Assembly (NCBI GenBank): GCA_964270895.1
Contig: OZ185438.1
Strand: one strand, 5' to 3'
From: Podarcis filfolensis
Lineage: Eukaryota
DNA: 64,000 nucleotides
A program made the translations under genes and the position numbers. The notes under the pieces were generated by a model. The model made no database searches, was not told where the DNA came from, and saw nothing but the letters and a program-made list of their open reading frames with translations. Positions 13,342 through 26,988 of the stretch are shown piece by piece; position 1 is the stretch's first letter; each line of letters begins with the position of its first letter.

Positions 13342-15095
13342 TAGAATCATAGAATCATAGAATCATAGAGTTGGAAGAGACCACAAGGGCCATCGAGTCC
13401 AACCCCCTGCCAAGCAGGAAACACCATCAGAGCACTCCTGACATATGGTTGTCAAGCCTCTGCTTAAAGACCTCCAAAGAAGGAGACTCCACCACACTCC
13501 TTGGCAGCAAATTCCACTGTCGAACAGCTCTTACTGTCAGGAAGTTCTTCCTAATGTTTAGGTGGAATCTTCTTTCTTGTAGTTTGGATCCATTGCTCCG
13601 TGTCCGCTTCTCTGGAGCAGCAGAAAACAACCTTTCTCCCTCCTCTCTGTGACATCCTTTTATATATTTGAACATGGCTATCATATCACCCCTTAATCTC
13701 CTCTTCTCCAGGCTAAACGTGCCCAGCTCCCTTAGCCGTTCCTCATAAGGCATCGTTTCCAGGCCTTTGACCATTTTGGTTGCCCTCCTCTGGACACGTT
13801 CCAGTTTGTCAATGTCCTTCTTGAACTGTGGTGCCCAGAACTGGACACAGTACTCCAGGTGAGGTCTGACCAGAGCAGAATACAGTGGCACTATTACTTC
13901 CCTTGATCTAGATGCTATACTCCTATTGATGCAGCCCAGAATTGCATTGGCTTTTTTAGCTGCCGCGTCACACTGTTGGCTCATGTCAAGTTTGTGGTCA
14001 ACCAAGACTCCTAGATCCTTTTCACATGTAGTGCTCTCAAGCCAGGTGTCACCCATCTTGTATTTGTGCCTCTCATTTTTTTTGCCCAAGTGCAATACTT
14101 TACATTTCTCCCTGTTAAAATTCATCTTGTTTGTTTTGGCCCAGTTCTCTAATCTGTCAAGGTCGTTTTGAAGTGTGATCCTGTCCTCTGGGGTGTTAGC
14201 CACCCCTCCCAGTTTGGTGTCATCTGCAAATTTGATCAGGATGCCCTTGAGTCCATCATCCAAGTCGTTGATAAAGATGTTGAATAAGACCGGGCCCAAG
14301 ACAGAACCCTGTGGCACTCCACTAGTCACTCTTCTCCAGGATGAAGAGGATCCATTGATGAGCACCCTTTGGGTTCGGTCAGTTAGCCAGTTACAAATCC
14401 ACTGAGTGGTAGCATAGTCAAGACCGCATTTTACCAGCTTCTTTACAAGAATATCATGGGGCACCTTGTCAAATGCCTTGCTGAAATCAAGGTAGGCTAC
14501 ATCCACTGTGTTCCCTTCATCTACCAGGCTTGTAATTCTGTCAAAAAACGAGATCAGGTTCGTCTGACATGACTTATTTTTCAGAAATCCATGCTGACTA
14601 TTGGTGATCACAGCATTCCTTTCTAGGTGCTCACAGACTGTTTGCTTAATGATCTGCTCCAGAATCTTCCCTGGTATTGATGTCAGACTGACTGGGCGGT
14701 AATTATTTGGGTCCTCTCTTTTCCCCTTTTTGAAAATAGGGACAACATTTGCCCTCCTCCAGTCTGCCGGGACTTCGCCTGTTCTCCAGGAATTCTCAAA
14801 GATGACTGCCAGTGGTTCTGAGATCACATCTGCCAGTTCTTTTAATACTCTTGGATGCAGTTCATCTGGCCCTGGAGACTTGAATACATCTAGACTAGCC
14901 AAGTATTCTTGTACTATCTCCTTAGTTATTCTGGGCTGTGTTTCCTCTGCTGAATCATTTGCTCCAAATTCTTCAGGTCGGGCATTGTTTTCTTTATCGG
15001 AGAAGACTGAGGCAAAGAAGGCATTGAGGAGTTCAGCCCTTTCTGTGTCCCCTGTTTGCATTTCACCATCTTCTCCTCTGAGTGAACCTCACTGT
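13342..15095 (-). mobile_element. 5'-truncated CR1 LINE with an intact 544-aa reverse transcriptase ORF (13427-15061)
   Basis: [40 protein letters not shown] and FADD motifs; octamer tail TAGAATCA x3 on +; no endonuclease domain. Confidence 0.97.
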
Positions 15096-15468
15096 TTGAG
15101 GTTTGCATTGGCAGGCATCTTGAAACCACTTACACTGGATCTAAGGAAGGAGACTGAATTTAGCATGTGTTGGAACTTCTGTTTTCTGCCTACTTCTCAC
15201 CTAGCTTGCTGACATGTTTTCAGATAATGCAACAGCTGTATGAAGGCCTCTGTGTGCAACAGGCACACTTTCAATGTGGGAAAGTTGCACTCTTTTATTC
15301 TGACCTTTTATAAAGCAGGTCAGGTGGACATCTTGTTTAGAGTGATACATGTTTTTGGAACAATTAGAGTGCAAATATAATGGGTAAATATGATGGGAGA
15401 ATAGTGGAGGTTGCCTTGGCATTGTTAACTATTTCTCTGTCTCTTTCCTCTTTTCTTTTTCTTTTTAG

Positions 15469-15642
<174 letters not shown>

Positions 15643-15650
15643 TAAAATAA

Positions 15651-16154
15651 AGTTACAGGTAGGTAGCTGTGTTGGTCTGCCATAGTCAAAACAAAATAAA
15701 ATAAATAAAAATAAAAAAATTCCTTCTAGTAGCACCTTAAGAGACCAACTAAGTTAGTTATTGGTATGAGCTTTCGTGTGTATGCACACTTCGGATACAC
15801 TGAAACAGAAGCCACCGGACCCTTATATATAGTGAGAGGTGGGGAGGGGTATTACTCAGAAGGGTGGTGGGAATGGATGATTGTCTGATAGATGATGTAA
15901 ACCTGGTGACAACAGTTAACTACTGCAATTGGTCTTACAGGAAAAAGCAAGGGGTGAGATGGCCAAAAATAGCTTTATCATGTATAATGAGATAAGAATC
16001 CAATGTCTCTATTCAGACCAGGTCTCTCCATGGTTTTAAGTTTGGTAATAAGTTGCAATTCAGCAACTTCTCTTTCCAGTCTATTTCTGAAATTCTTTTG
16101 TAAGAAGACAGCTACTTTGACATCTTGTATAGAATGTCCTGGGAGATTGAAGTG
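15651..16154 (-). mobile_element. Penelope-like element 3' fragment (GIY-YIG C-terminus and terminal repeat)
   Basis: Minus frame HFNLPGHSIQDVKVAVFLQKNFRNRLEREVAELQLITKLKTMERPGLNRDIGFLSHYT*; terminal repeat shared with 45653-45851; hammerhead core damaged by a small deletion at about 15790. Confidence 0.82.
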
Positions 16155-16375
16155 TTATACTAGTTTCTCTGTCTTGTGATTAATTTTGTGGAAGTCATTA
16201 CATGCGTCCACAATATTACATGGATGATGCATGCGCATATCACATGTGGATTCTGTTTGAAATAAAACCTTGTACTACTTTTAACACTTACAAGTATTCT
16301 GTTCTAAATAAAGAACTCATTTGCAACAAATGTTTATTCCATAGTGAACTTAGCTGAAAGTCTGAGGAATGGTGA

Positions 16376-16570
<195 letters not shown>

Positions 16571-17351
16571 TGAGCTATAGATGAAGAAAATGTCTAAGAC
16601 CTTGACATAGCTCGCTGTTGGCGAATAAGGTTGCCTGTCCCCTCTAGGTCTTAAAGAGAGAGATTGGTTGTCTTGTTTGACATGGCTTATTCCGCTATGC
16701 CTCTCCTTTCAGTCACATTTTCCAGCGTCACTTCATACAAGCCTTTCCACTGTTAGGAGAATGAGAGGGCACAGATGTGCCCTGGTGTTGTTATTTAGCA
16801 GTCCCATTTTGGAAGTTGATTTAAATTTGGGTAGTAGTGTGAGCTTCTATCAGCTGGCAATACTTCATGTGTCTGTAGTAAACTGCAGTGAACATCATGT
16901 AAATTTACACACTTCCAGGATTAATATCTATCAATGACACAATTGCTTTGTTTCATTTTGCTTTGCTGCTGTCTTATAGTTCTTACTGTTTAGTCTGAAT
17001 TAATTGTATTTTGTTGTTTTTTGCATTTCTGGAGCTTTCTGCATTTGTTATTTAGTGCTGTGCAGTGTGTTTTATCTGCTGCTTGACCTAGTACCAATTT
17101 AAATAAGCCAATTTAAATACTATTCACTTTTTCCCTTTTTTTCTTTTTTATAAAAAAGTAGGTTTCTAATAGTCCATGTAGCTTAGCTATAGGATTTTGG
17201 ATGTGTGCAGTACAGCTCTACATGAAAATGGGGAAAATTCTGTAACATGACAGAATTGTCTATTCAGCTGTTTGTGTTTTTGTTATTGAGAGAGTAATTT
17301 TTCTTTATTTTGCAAGCACAGCAGCATAGCCTTAATAAACTGTCAAAATAA

Positions 17352-17492
<141 letters not shown>

Positions 17493-17641
17493 TAAGCACT
17501 GTCTTATTATTCTAGTATGAGTTTTCTTGTCAGTGACTTTCAACTAAATGAATCTCTCAAGCTATTTTTATTTTGCTTTAGCTATAGAAGATTTATATTC
17601 TATACCGCTTAATTAACCCAAGCTAACCAGTTTACATAAAG

Positions 17642-17868
17642 CAGGCATGTCCAAAGTCCGTTTTGGTGGTGTGATCCAGCCCGCTGGTTGGTTTAATCCT
17701 GCCCCCTGTGGCAGTTTAATTCCTGGGGTAAAATCCTAAAAAAAAACCCTCAACAACTTCAATCCTTAAAAAAAAAGCTCAACAGTTTTGGTTGGCCCTT
17801 TAGTCATCCCTCACAGCACTTCACTTCATCAGATCTGGCCCTCTTTGAAAAAAGTTTGGACACCACTG
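17642..17868. mobile_element. hAT-type MITE
   Basis: CAGGCATGTCCAAA...TTTGGACACCACTG ends; perfect 8-bp TSD ACATAAAG. Confidence 0.85.
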
Positions 17869-18289
17869 ACATAAAGCAACATAAAACATTCGTTGCATTC
17901 ATTGTTTTGTTCTTAAGGGAAATAGCATTAGCTTAGAAGATCTGGGGTGGGGAACCTTTGGTCCTCCAGATGTTGCAGAACTACAACTCCCATCATCCCT
18001 CATGTCTTTCCAGTAGGCAAAATCCTTAATTGGAACAAGAATCTCTGCTACATTAAGCAGGGATTTAGAGACAAGAATGGGAGGCAGTGAAGAAGTAGGG
18101 GAATAATGAAGTCAGATCCTGGGTTTCATGCTGGGGTTTTGTGTTCATGTAGTAAACATAGCTGGAGTTATGTGTTCAGGCAGCAAAGTGATTTAAAAAA
18201 AAAAAAATCAAAGACTGATTCAGCAGCAAATGGAACTATAGTTAAGTTGGGACCAGAAGCAACAAAATAGCTGGTTTTTGAAGCCCGTG

Positions 18290-18732
18290 GTACTTCGCTT
18301 CAAAGCATGTTTGTACTGAATATGTTCAGGAAGAGATTTCCATGCTGTGGTACCATGAATGTTATATAGAATAGCCACAGTGCTAATTGGCCTTGTCACG
18401 AAACTCTTTGTTTCTTCTGTGGAGGCCCGTGGCATTTGCAACTCTGTGGTCGTTTTAGCTAGATACAGACTCCTAGGCAGCCCTCTGGCTAGTTCCTCCT
18501 CCTTCAGAAGGACAGAGGACAGGAGAGAGCATTCTCTGGCAGCCCCAAAGTTGAGGAACTCCTTCCCTACAGAGGTGTGCCTGTCACCTTCATTATATAA
18601 CTTCCAGCAAATGTTTAAGACACACCTCTTTACCCTGCCTTTTGACACTTGAGATGTATATTTTTAAGGCCCTACTTATTTCTGTAGTTGTTTGTTGTTT
18701 TAAACTGTTTTTAATCTTGAGTTATGATGTGT
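18290..18732 (+). mobile_element. L2-type LINE 3' fragment, split by the L1; its remainder is at 20095-20166
   Basis: Degenerate L2-like 3' sequence (...aagacacacctcttt...); continues after the L1 TSD with ttgtaacctgccctgg...taataataat tail. Confidence 0.65.
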
Positions 18733-18733
18733 G

Positions 18734-20094
18734 TTTTTTTAATTTCTTTTTATTGAGTTTCGCTTAAATAACCAAAAGAAAAAACAAATCAACAATTACA
18801 AAAAAAAACAAAAAATAAGTAAATGGATGTCCAGTCATAACATAAGAATAACATCAGATTCCATTACAGTTCTTTATCTTCACACTTAAATCTTCATATC
18901 TTCAAATGCTTAAACCAGTCCCCTACACACCTATTGACCTCCATCCCTCCCGATTTCAGGCTTCTTAGTATAAATAATTTCTTTCTCCTGCAGCTAATAA
19001 TTATTACTGATTTACACATCATAAGATCTATATCGAACCTGCTATAGTTTTTAGGTTTCTATAATTCCCTTCGATATATATCATAAATTTATTCCAGTCG
19101 TTAATGAACTTTGTATTTTTTTGGTTTCTAATTTTTTGTGTCATTTTTGCTAGTTCAACAAATTCAAATAATTTTGTTTGCCAATCTCTAATTGCTGGGG
19201 TGTTTGGATTTTTCCAATTTTGGGCAATTAATATTCTAGCGGCAGCTGTGGCATACTGGAATAATGTCTTATCTTCTTTTTTGATTTAGTCCCCAATTAT
19301 ACCTAGTAGGAAGGCCTCTGGTCTTTTGGGAAATGTATATTTAAATATTTTTTTTAACTCATTATAGATAAGTTCCCAATATTTCTTCATTTCGTCGCAT
19401 GTCCACCACATATGGAAAAAATTACCTTCTTTGATTTTACACTTCCAGCAGTTCTTATTTCCTATTTTATACATTTTCCCTAACTTTGCCGGTGTGATGT
19501 ACCACCTATACATCATCTTTTCTAAATTTTCCCTAAGTGTGACAGATGCCGAGAATTTCATTCCATTAGTCCATAATTTCAGCCACTTATCATATTCTAT
19601 ATTATATCCCAGATCCATTGCCCATCTTGTCATAACCTCTTTTATTTCCTCATCTTTGGTGTCCCATTCTAATAAAATGTTATACATTTTAGATAATAAT
19701 TTGGATTTACCTTCAATTATTTCTATCTGAAATTTGGATTTCTTCTCGTTCATCCCTACTTTTTTATCTTCTATCCATGCTGCATTTATTTGATGGAATT
19801 GTAACCAGCTTGTTAATTTATCTTTCAACTCCTCATATGTTCTCATCTTCCATCCACTTTCTGATCTTATCAGTAGGTCTTCGTAGGTCAGCCTGACTCC
19901 TTCCATATTTACTTTTTTAATTATTAAAATATCAGTTGGTGATAACCACCAAGGTGTTTTCCATTCTAGGAGTTTTTTATTTCTCTCCCACACTTCATAT
20001 AGAGGCCCTCTAATAATATGACTTGAAAACCCTTTGTGTACCTTTTCTTTGTTTTGCCATAAATAGGCGTGCCAGCCGTACCTATTGTCGGTAC
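18734..20094 (-). mobile_element. 5'-truncated L1 LINE (ORF2 C-terminus with CCHC knuckle, poly-A tail, 12-bp TSD)
   Basis: CWKCKIKEGNFFHMWWTC zinc knuckle; AATAAA and A-rich tail on the minus strand at about 18734-18754; TSD GTTATGATGTGT at 18721-18732 and 20095-20106. Confidence 0.9.
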
Positions 20095-20310
20095 GTTATG
20101 ATGTGTTTTGATGTTGTAACCTGCCCTGGAACCTTAGGGTGAAGGGTGGGTAATTAATAATAATAATTAATGGCCCATCCCAGGGAGGGGTACCCAGCTA
20201 TTAATACTGGCTTGATCAGATCACATTCCCTGGATTAAGGTGTTTGTCACTTCTCCTTTCCACCTAAATCCAAAGAAGCTCTCTAGGTTCTGAACTGGTG
20301 TCTGTCTTCA

Positions 20311-21185
20311 TTAATGGACTGGATGAGGGTGAACAAATTGAAACCTAACCCAGAGGAGACAGAGGTGCTCTTGGTCAGTCAGAACAGGGAACAGAGATTC
20401 AGCTTGTGCTGGATGGGGTAACACTTGCCCCCAAAACACAGGTTTGCAGTTAGGGTTTTCTCTTGGACTCAACTCTGAATATGGATGTTCAGGTCTCTGT
20501 GGTGGCCAGGAGTGCATTTATTTGCACAGTTAAAGCTGGTGCACCAGCTGCACCTGTTCCGTAAAAGATGTCTGATTTGGCCACAGCCTTAGTTACATCA
20601 TGTTCTAACATGCTATGTGGGGGCCACCTTTGAAAAGTGCTCAGAAACGTCAACTGGCTCAAAGAGCTACAGCCAGATTGCTGACCAGGACTGGTTATAG
20701 GGAGCAGGCAACTCGTTTGTTACAACAGCTCCACAGGCTACTGGTCTGTTTCAGCACACAATTCAAAGTGCTTGTTATCACCTATAAAGCCCAATATGGC
20801 TTAGGTTCAAGCTATCTGAAGTATCAGATTCCCTCATATGAATCTTCCTGGGGAGGCCCTTCTCTCAATCCTGCCACCCTCACAGGCACACTTGTCACAG
20901 ACTCGGTGGCTGCTTCCAGACTGTAACTCCTCCCTAGAGAAGCTAGACTGTCCTTCCCCCAGCAAGTGAATACCTCCTTTGGGCTTTGGGGAATTGACTG
21001 CTTTTAATGAAAGGGCTGGTCCCATGCTATTTTTATTGTAATTATTGGTATGTTTTAAACAGATGTTATATAGTTTTAAATCTGTCAATATTTAACTGTA
21101 TTTTAGGGATTATTTTTCTATGTTTTTAGCAGTTCTTATTTTTATCTGTGAGTGCCACCAGGGGAAAAGGGGTGGGATAATAAAT
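20311..21185 (+). mobile_element. Degraded L2-type LINE
   Basis: WMRVNKLKPNPEETEVL-like remnant, then A.RLLT / FKVL.ITYKA remnants, ending in ...ggggtgggataataaat. Confidence 0.75.
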
Positions 21186-21186
21186 G

Positions 21187-21349
21187 CCATATTTTTCCGT
21201 GTATAAGACTAGGTTCCCCCCCCCAAAAAAGTCCAAAATTTGGGTATGTCTTATACATGGGGGCCATCTCCCCCTATTTTCTTAAATCGGAGTCCCCCAA
21301 AATAGGGGCGTCTTATACATGGGGGTGCCTTATAGACAGAAAAATATGG
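21187..21349. mobile_element. Tc2-like MITE
   Basis: CCATATTTTTCCG...AGAAAAATATGG ends; same family as 1083. Confidence 0.8.
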
Positions 21350-21387
21350 TTTGTTTATTTATTTATTTACCCACCTACCTACCTACC

Positions 21388-21687
21388 TCGAATCCCCGCG
21401 GCGGGGTGAGCTCCCGTCTTTCGGTCCCAGCTCCTGCCCACCTAGCAGTTCGAAAGCACCCCTAAGTGCAAGTAGATAAATAGGTACCGCTTTATAGCGG
21501 GAAGGTAAACGGCGTTTCTGTGTGCTGTGCTCGTGCTGGCTCGCCAGAGCAGCTTCGTCACGCTGGCCACGTGACCCGGAAGTGTCTCCGGACAGCGCTG
21601 GCCCCCGGCCTCTTAAGTGAGATGGGCGCACAACCCTAGAGTCGGACACGACTGGCCTGTACGGGCAGGGGTACCTTTACCTTTACC
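21388..21687 (+). mobile_element. Sauria SINE (5'-truncated) inserted in an (ACCT)n tract
   Basis: tcgaatccccgc...gagctcccgt...ctagcagttcgaaagcac...gagtcggacacgactgg...(ACCTTT)n tail. Confidence 0.88.
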
Positions 21688-21998
21688 TACCTACCTACCT
21701 ACCTTTGTTGAGGTGGACAATTTAATCCATTAGACTTTTCCATGCTGTTTCTCACCTACCTGCTTTTTCTGTACAGGAGACCACACTGAGGCTGTGATAC
21801 ACTATCCTAAGCAATGCGAGTGGAGCATCTTTCAGGCGCTTGTAGCTAGCAGCCTGTCAATGACCTATGCTTCCTTAGGATGCCCTGAAAGAATTAGACT
21901 GTATTTCCTGATCACCTAGGATATGAGTACACACGATAGTATTTTTGCTAAACTTTCTCAGTTTCAATCCATGTGGGTTAACAGGATGTGCTGGATGA

Positions 21999-22223
<225 letters not shown>

Positions 22224-22995
22224 TAGAGCTAAAGAAAATGAAGAGCAGTGTGTGCTTGCTGTCAGAGGAAAAGTGCATAGCCACCATTTTAAACACAGAG
22301 TAACTCCCATGATCTCCACTAGTAGTTTCATAATGTTGGAAGAGGTCAGCCTTGTTTCTTAGCAGCAGATCTTCTTTACTGTGCGGTCACATTTGTTTGC
22401 AAAACTAAGCCAGAAAGCTTTTTAAACCAAACAGTGCACAAGCTGCTCCCTGGCACCTATAATAGTCCCAGCAAGTGTAGGCAAAACTGCAGAGTTTTGT
22501 TATGGGTCTTGTAATAAAGAGAGCTAATTGCTAGCCTTCAAGATGCAATCTGTTGCTTGACCCAGTAGCTTTCAAAGAAGAACACCAAGTCCAAATTGAT
22601 ACCAAATTTTATGATTTTATAATGTGGCATTTGAATCTATGTAACTTAGCCACTGCTGCCTTCCCTTAACTGGCTACAGGAAGAAGAGTTAAAACGAACA
22701 CTTGTTTGTTCCAAAAATCTTGCCTTTGCAATTCTGTCCCAGCACAGTAGGTAGTGATGATTACAATTTGTTACTTGCCCTTCACCCTAAGGCCCCAGGC
22801 TGGGTTGCAACAATAAAAACACAACATTAATATTAAAACACAATATTAAAAACTGTTTAAAACAGCTTATAATGACCAAAATAAGGTTGTGAGCCAACAT
22901 CTGTAATGCCTAAAGATCTTTGGATTGCATTCTCAAGTAAATTAGGATCGTGTTTCTAACTACTAGCATAAATTCTTTTTGGTCTTTTTCTTTAG

Positions 22996-23286
<291 letters not shown>

Positions 23287-23639
23287 TAGTTTAATGTGTG
23301 GATTCGTTCAGAGAGCCTGTACAGATGTTACATTTCTGAAGATTCCCTTCCCTTCTTTCCTTCTTTTGATATTTCAATTAGCATCTTAAGAGGGACCTAG
23401 ATTATACTGCAGCAGCTACGTCAGTGATAGATGGCATTTTTTTCTAATTAGGAAAATAGCATGTGATCTTCCATGACTCTGCTTCAGCTGTTATACTGTA
23501 CATACAAGCTTACTGAACTAAGGAGATATTTACAAGAATTAGCCAACTGCACCTGCTCTTAGTCAAGAGAGATATAAGCAGCACAGGCTAGCTTGCTGCT
23601 CCTTTCGCTGAACTAATATTGCTATTCTTCCTTGTCTAG

Positions 23640-23722
23640 GTGGAGCACTACCAAAAATAGACAGTACAATCAGGTTACGGTTTAAAGACTACACAGTAAT
23701 TACAGTGGAACCAGACCTTTTG
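23640..23722 (+). CDS. RIOX2: RIOX2 coding exon 7
   Basis: 83 bp, TAG/GTGAGT; GGALPKIDSTIRLRFKDYTVITVEPDLL. Confidence 0.92.
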
Positions 23723-24072
23723 GTGAGTACAGAGGAAGTGCTTGTAGAGACTTGCTTTTCAGTGAGGAATTGGGTGTATGTTATTTTTAGGCTGCTTGAA
23801 TCCCACAGCATGTGACTGGGATTTGCTCTGACATAGCAATTCAGTTCTGTTTTGTAAAGGGAAAGTGTTAGTGTTTTGTAGGAGTTTCAAAGACAGCCTT
23901 TGAAATATAACCAGGTGCTGGCCTTAGCTAAGGAATTTCCTGATTACTACTGCTAAAAAATAAGAAAGGTGAGGCTTATAAAGTTATGGTAAAATGGAGC
24001 AGGAATTTTGCAAGTGCTTTGATGTTGATTGATAAATTACAATGTCTTTTCTGTTTCTCTCTCGTTTTTTAG

Positions 24073-24177
24073 GAAGAGTCTCACAAAGAAATGGTTTTTG
24101 TCTATCACTCTTTAAAGAACAAGAGGGAAGTCCATATGATGGGGGATGAGGATATGAATGAGGATGGAATAGCAGAG
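24073..24177 (+). CDS. RIOX2: RIOX2 coding exon 8
   Basis: 105 bp, TAG/GTTTGT; EESHKEMVFVYHSLKNKREVHMMGDEDMNEDGIAE. Confidence 0.9.
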
Positions 24178-24690
24178 GTTTGTTTTTAATTCTGCTTGTT
24201 AGGTCAGTCATTGATTAAGTCCATGTGGAAATTCCTTATTTTCAGATCTGTCTCTTCTAGCCCCCCTCCACACCTGGTGCTGGTCAGCAGTACGTTAAGT
24301 TTTTGCCAGACTGCTGTTCGTGTTTGTCTGTTTTAAAAGCTGTGTACATTTTGTTGGCAATATGAGAACGCTGCTGGGTCAGACCAAGGACCCATTTACT
24401 CCATTTTTTGTCCCAATTGTAACCAGCCAGATCTCCAAATACCCACAGGTGTGGTATGAAGGTGGTAACAGATATTCAGCATATACTGCCTGTGTGCCTG
24501 GAGGTTGCATTTAGCTAGCCTAGTCAATGTAATATAGAAACATGTGTTGATAGATTTATAATAACTGTGTTCATCTGTATAACAGCAGTAACTACTAGCC
24601 CAGGATATATTATTCATATTGGTGAGCATGAAATGTGTCAAATGTTTAGTTCAGTATGGCTAATAATACACACACTCTTTTTCTTTATAG

Positions 24691-24849
<159 letters not shown>

Positions 24850-25241
24850 AGACATGATCCAGTCAAAGTTAAGTACTCATAGGTCTCTTAGATGTTGCTG
24901 GGAGAATCAAGTGTGCCCTTAAATTAAAATAGAAGGGACCTAAGGCACCAGCCAGCCAAAGTTAAAAGTGCTTAAATCTGGCATTGCACAGAAACAGCAA
25001 AATGTTACCTCAGGCAAAGGCTTTTTACACAGTTTTTGTATGCGTAGTGAGTAAGGGTACTACTAGGTTTGTTGAACATAAAAATAACACACAGGAGGGT
25101 AAATGGGGAAGCTGTGGCCCTCAAGGTGTTGTTGGACTCCCAATGCAGTGGGAGATGTGGGGAGCTGTAAGTTCAGCATCCCTGGTGCAAAGTAGGAATG
25201 AATGGTTCATGCTTTTCCTGGTTTCAGCAGTGACATATGTA

Positions 25242-25372
25242 CAGTGGTACCTCGGTTTACGAACTTAATCCGTTCCAGAAGTCCGTTCTTAAACCGAGGC
25301 CTCCCACCGGTCAGCTTCCGTTCTTAGACTGTCGTTCGTAAACAGGGCTGTTCTTAAACCGAGGTACCACTG
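25242..25372. mobile_element. Short pogo/Tigger-like MITE downstream of the RIOX2 stop
   Basis: TA-CAGTGGTACCTCGGTTTA...TAAACCGAGGTACCACTG-TA, 131 bp. Confidence 0.9.
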
Positions 25373-26776
25373 TACACCTAAAGTAAGGCGGCCTGGTCTT
25401 GCTATACGAAAGCCAGTGACACCCCAAATTGTGGATAGTGCCATGGGTTGCAAACATAAAAGTGTTGGCCCCTTTTGGGGTGAAAGTGTGCTTTGTTGTA
25501 CAGATAAAGCCAACCTACTGCACTGCATCTCATAAAGGATGCATCATGTAATTAGTTGCATGAAAAAGCAACAGTAAAAGCACAAAGGAGCAGAAGCCAA
25601 TTTATAGCTATTTACCCATGCCAAATGATACAGAATTACCTGGGTGTAACTATTCAAGGTGTATAAATTGAGAAGAACCAGACACACATAAATATGTGAT
25701 AATAGTATTGCATCACAATAAGTTAGAATGGACCGTTGTTACTTACTGTGCCGCTTCCTCCTTGTTTGGTAGGCTAAGGCATCCACTGTGGGTTGTGTCT
25801 TTCACATTTGCCTACTGTGTGAGCTTGCACCATGGGAGGCGAGAGACTGAAACAATTGTGGTTCTCGCACACTTTATCATTTGCCTTCCTTTCTAGCCGG
25901 GCAACAACTGGATGGAAAACTACCACATGGTTGAGTTTGCTTCATTGATCAATTAATAACATCTGGGCAGCACCTCCCATAGATCAGTATGTGGGGGCAT
26001 ATATTTTTAATGCTCCTTCATCCTTACAATTCTGTACGGTTGTGAACAAAACCCAGGAGGCCTTAACCACATTCCTGTCCACCTCACCCCCAAATGCAAA
26101 GCATTGTCTGTCCTATTGTTTTTGTCTGCTGCTGTCCTCTACAATATAGGGTGACCCTGTTTTTTCTTAAATACTGTGATCTTGTATTTATCAGGCAAGT
26201 TTCCTTGTAATGGCTTGGCACCACAAGGTAGCTTAAAGCTACCTTTATATAATGAAGGTTTGAAATGATATTCAGAAAACAAAGCAATACATCTCGTGTA
26301 ACGAAAACAAAACTGCTGATACTATTTTGAAGTATTTTTAATCCAATAGCACAGAGAAATGTCAACTATATACACTATATATAAGGTCACTTTTGGACAA
26401 AATGTGATAACTGGCATTCTGGTTTTTAGGGGGGGGGAATTCTCCCCTTGCATCATTTAAAAAATATTATTGCAGTTTGCGATAAATATACCATGAACAG
26501 GATAAAGGCAACCCACCCCTTCTATCCTTTAACACTTTTATATACATTAAATATACACACGTACATTCCAGTCAGAATAACCCTCTAAACTCTACAGCTC
26601 AAGTATTGTGTCTCTGTGGGTACAAGCCTTGTGGATAGAAATAGTCCCACAGGTGCAATAGAGCTGTTTTGGTCCCCAATACCACCATGTCTAATAAAGT
26701 TACTGGTCTTTCAAAGCACCAGTCTGTAAGTCCTTCACTTTTGGGAGCTGTGCCTATGGTGGGACTAGAGCAAATA

Positions 26777-26988
26777 CAGCCGTACCTTAGAAGCCAAACG
26801 GAATCCGTTCGGCAACCAAGGCACAGCTTCTGATTGGCTGCAGGAGCTTTCTGCATGCAATCGGAAGCCATGTCAGACGTTCGGCTTTCAAAGCATGTTC
26901 ACAAACTGGAACACTCACTTCCGGGTTTGCGGCGTTCAGGAGCCAAAACATTCAACTGGCAAGGCATTCGGCTTCCAAGGTACGACTG
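26777..26988. mobile_element. pogo/Tigger-like MITE
   Basis: TA-CAGCCGTACCTTAGAAG...CTTCCAAGGTACGACTG-TA. Confidence 0.85.

Noticed and set aside
13926-15212. +-strand ORFs over the CR1
   Set aside because: Antisense shadows of the RT ORF
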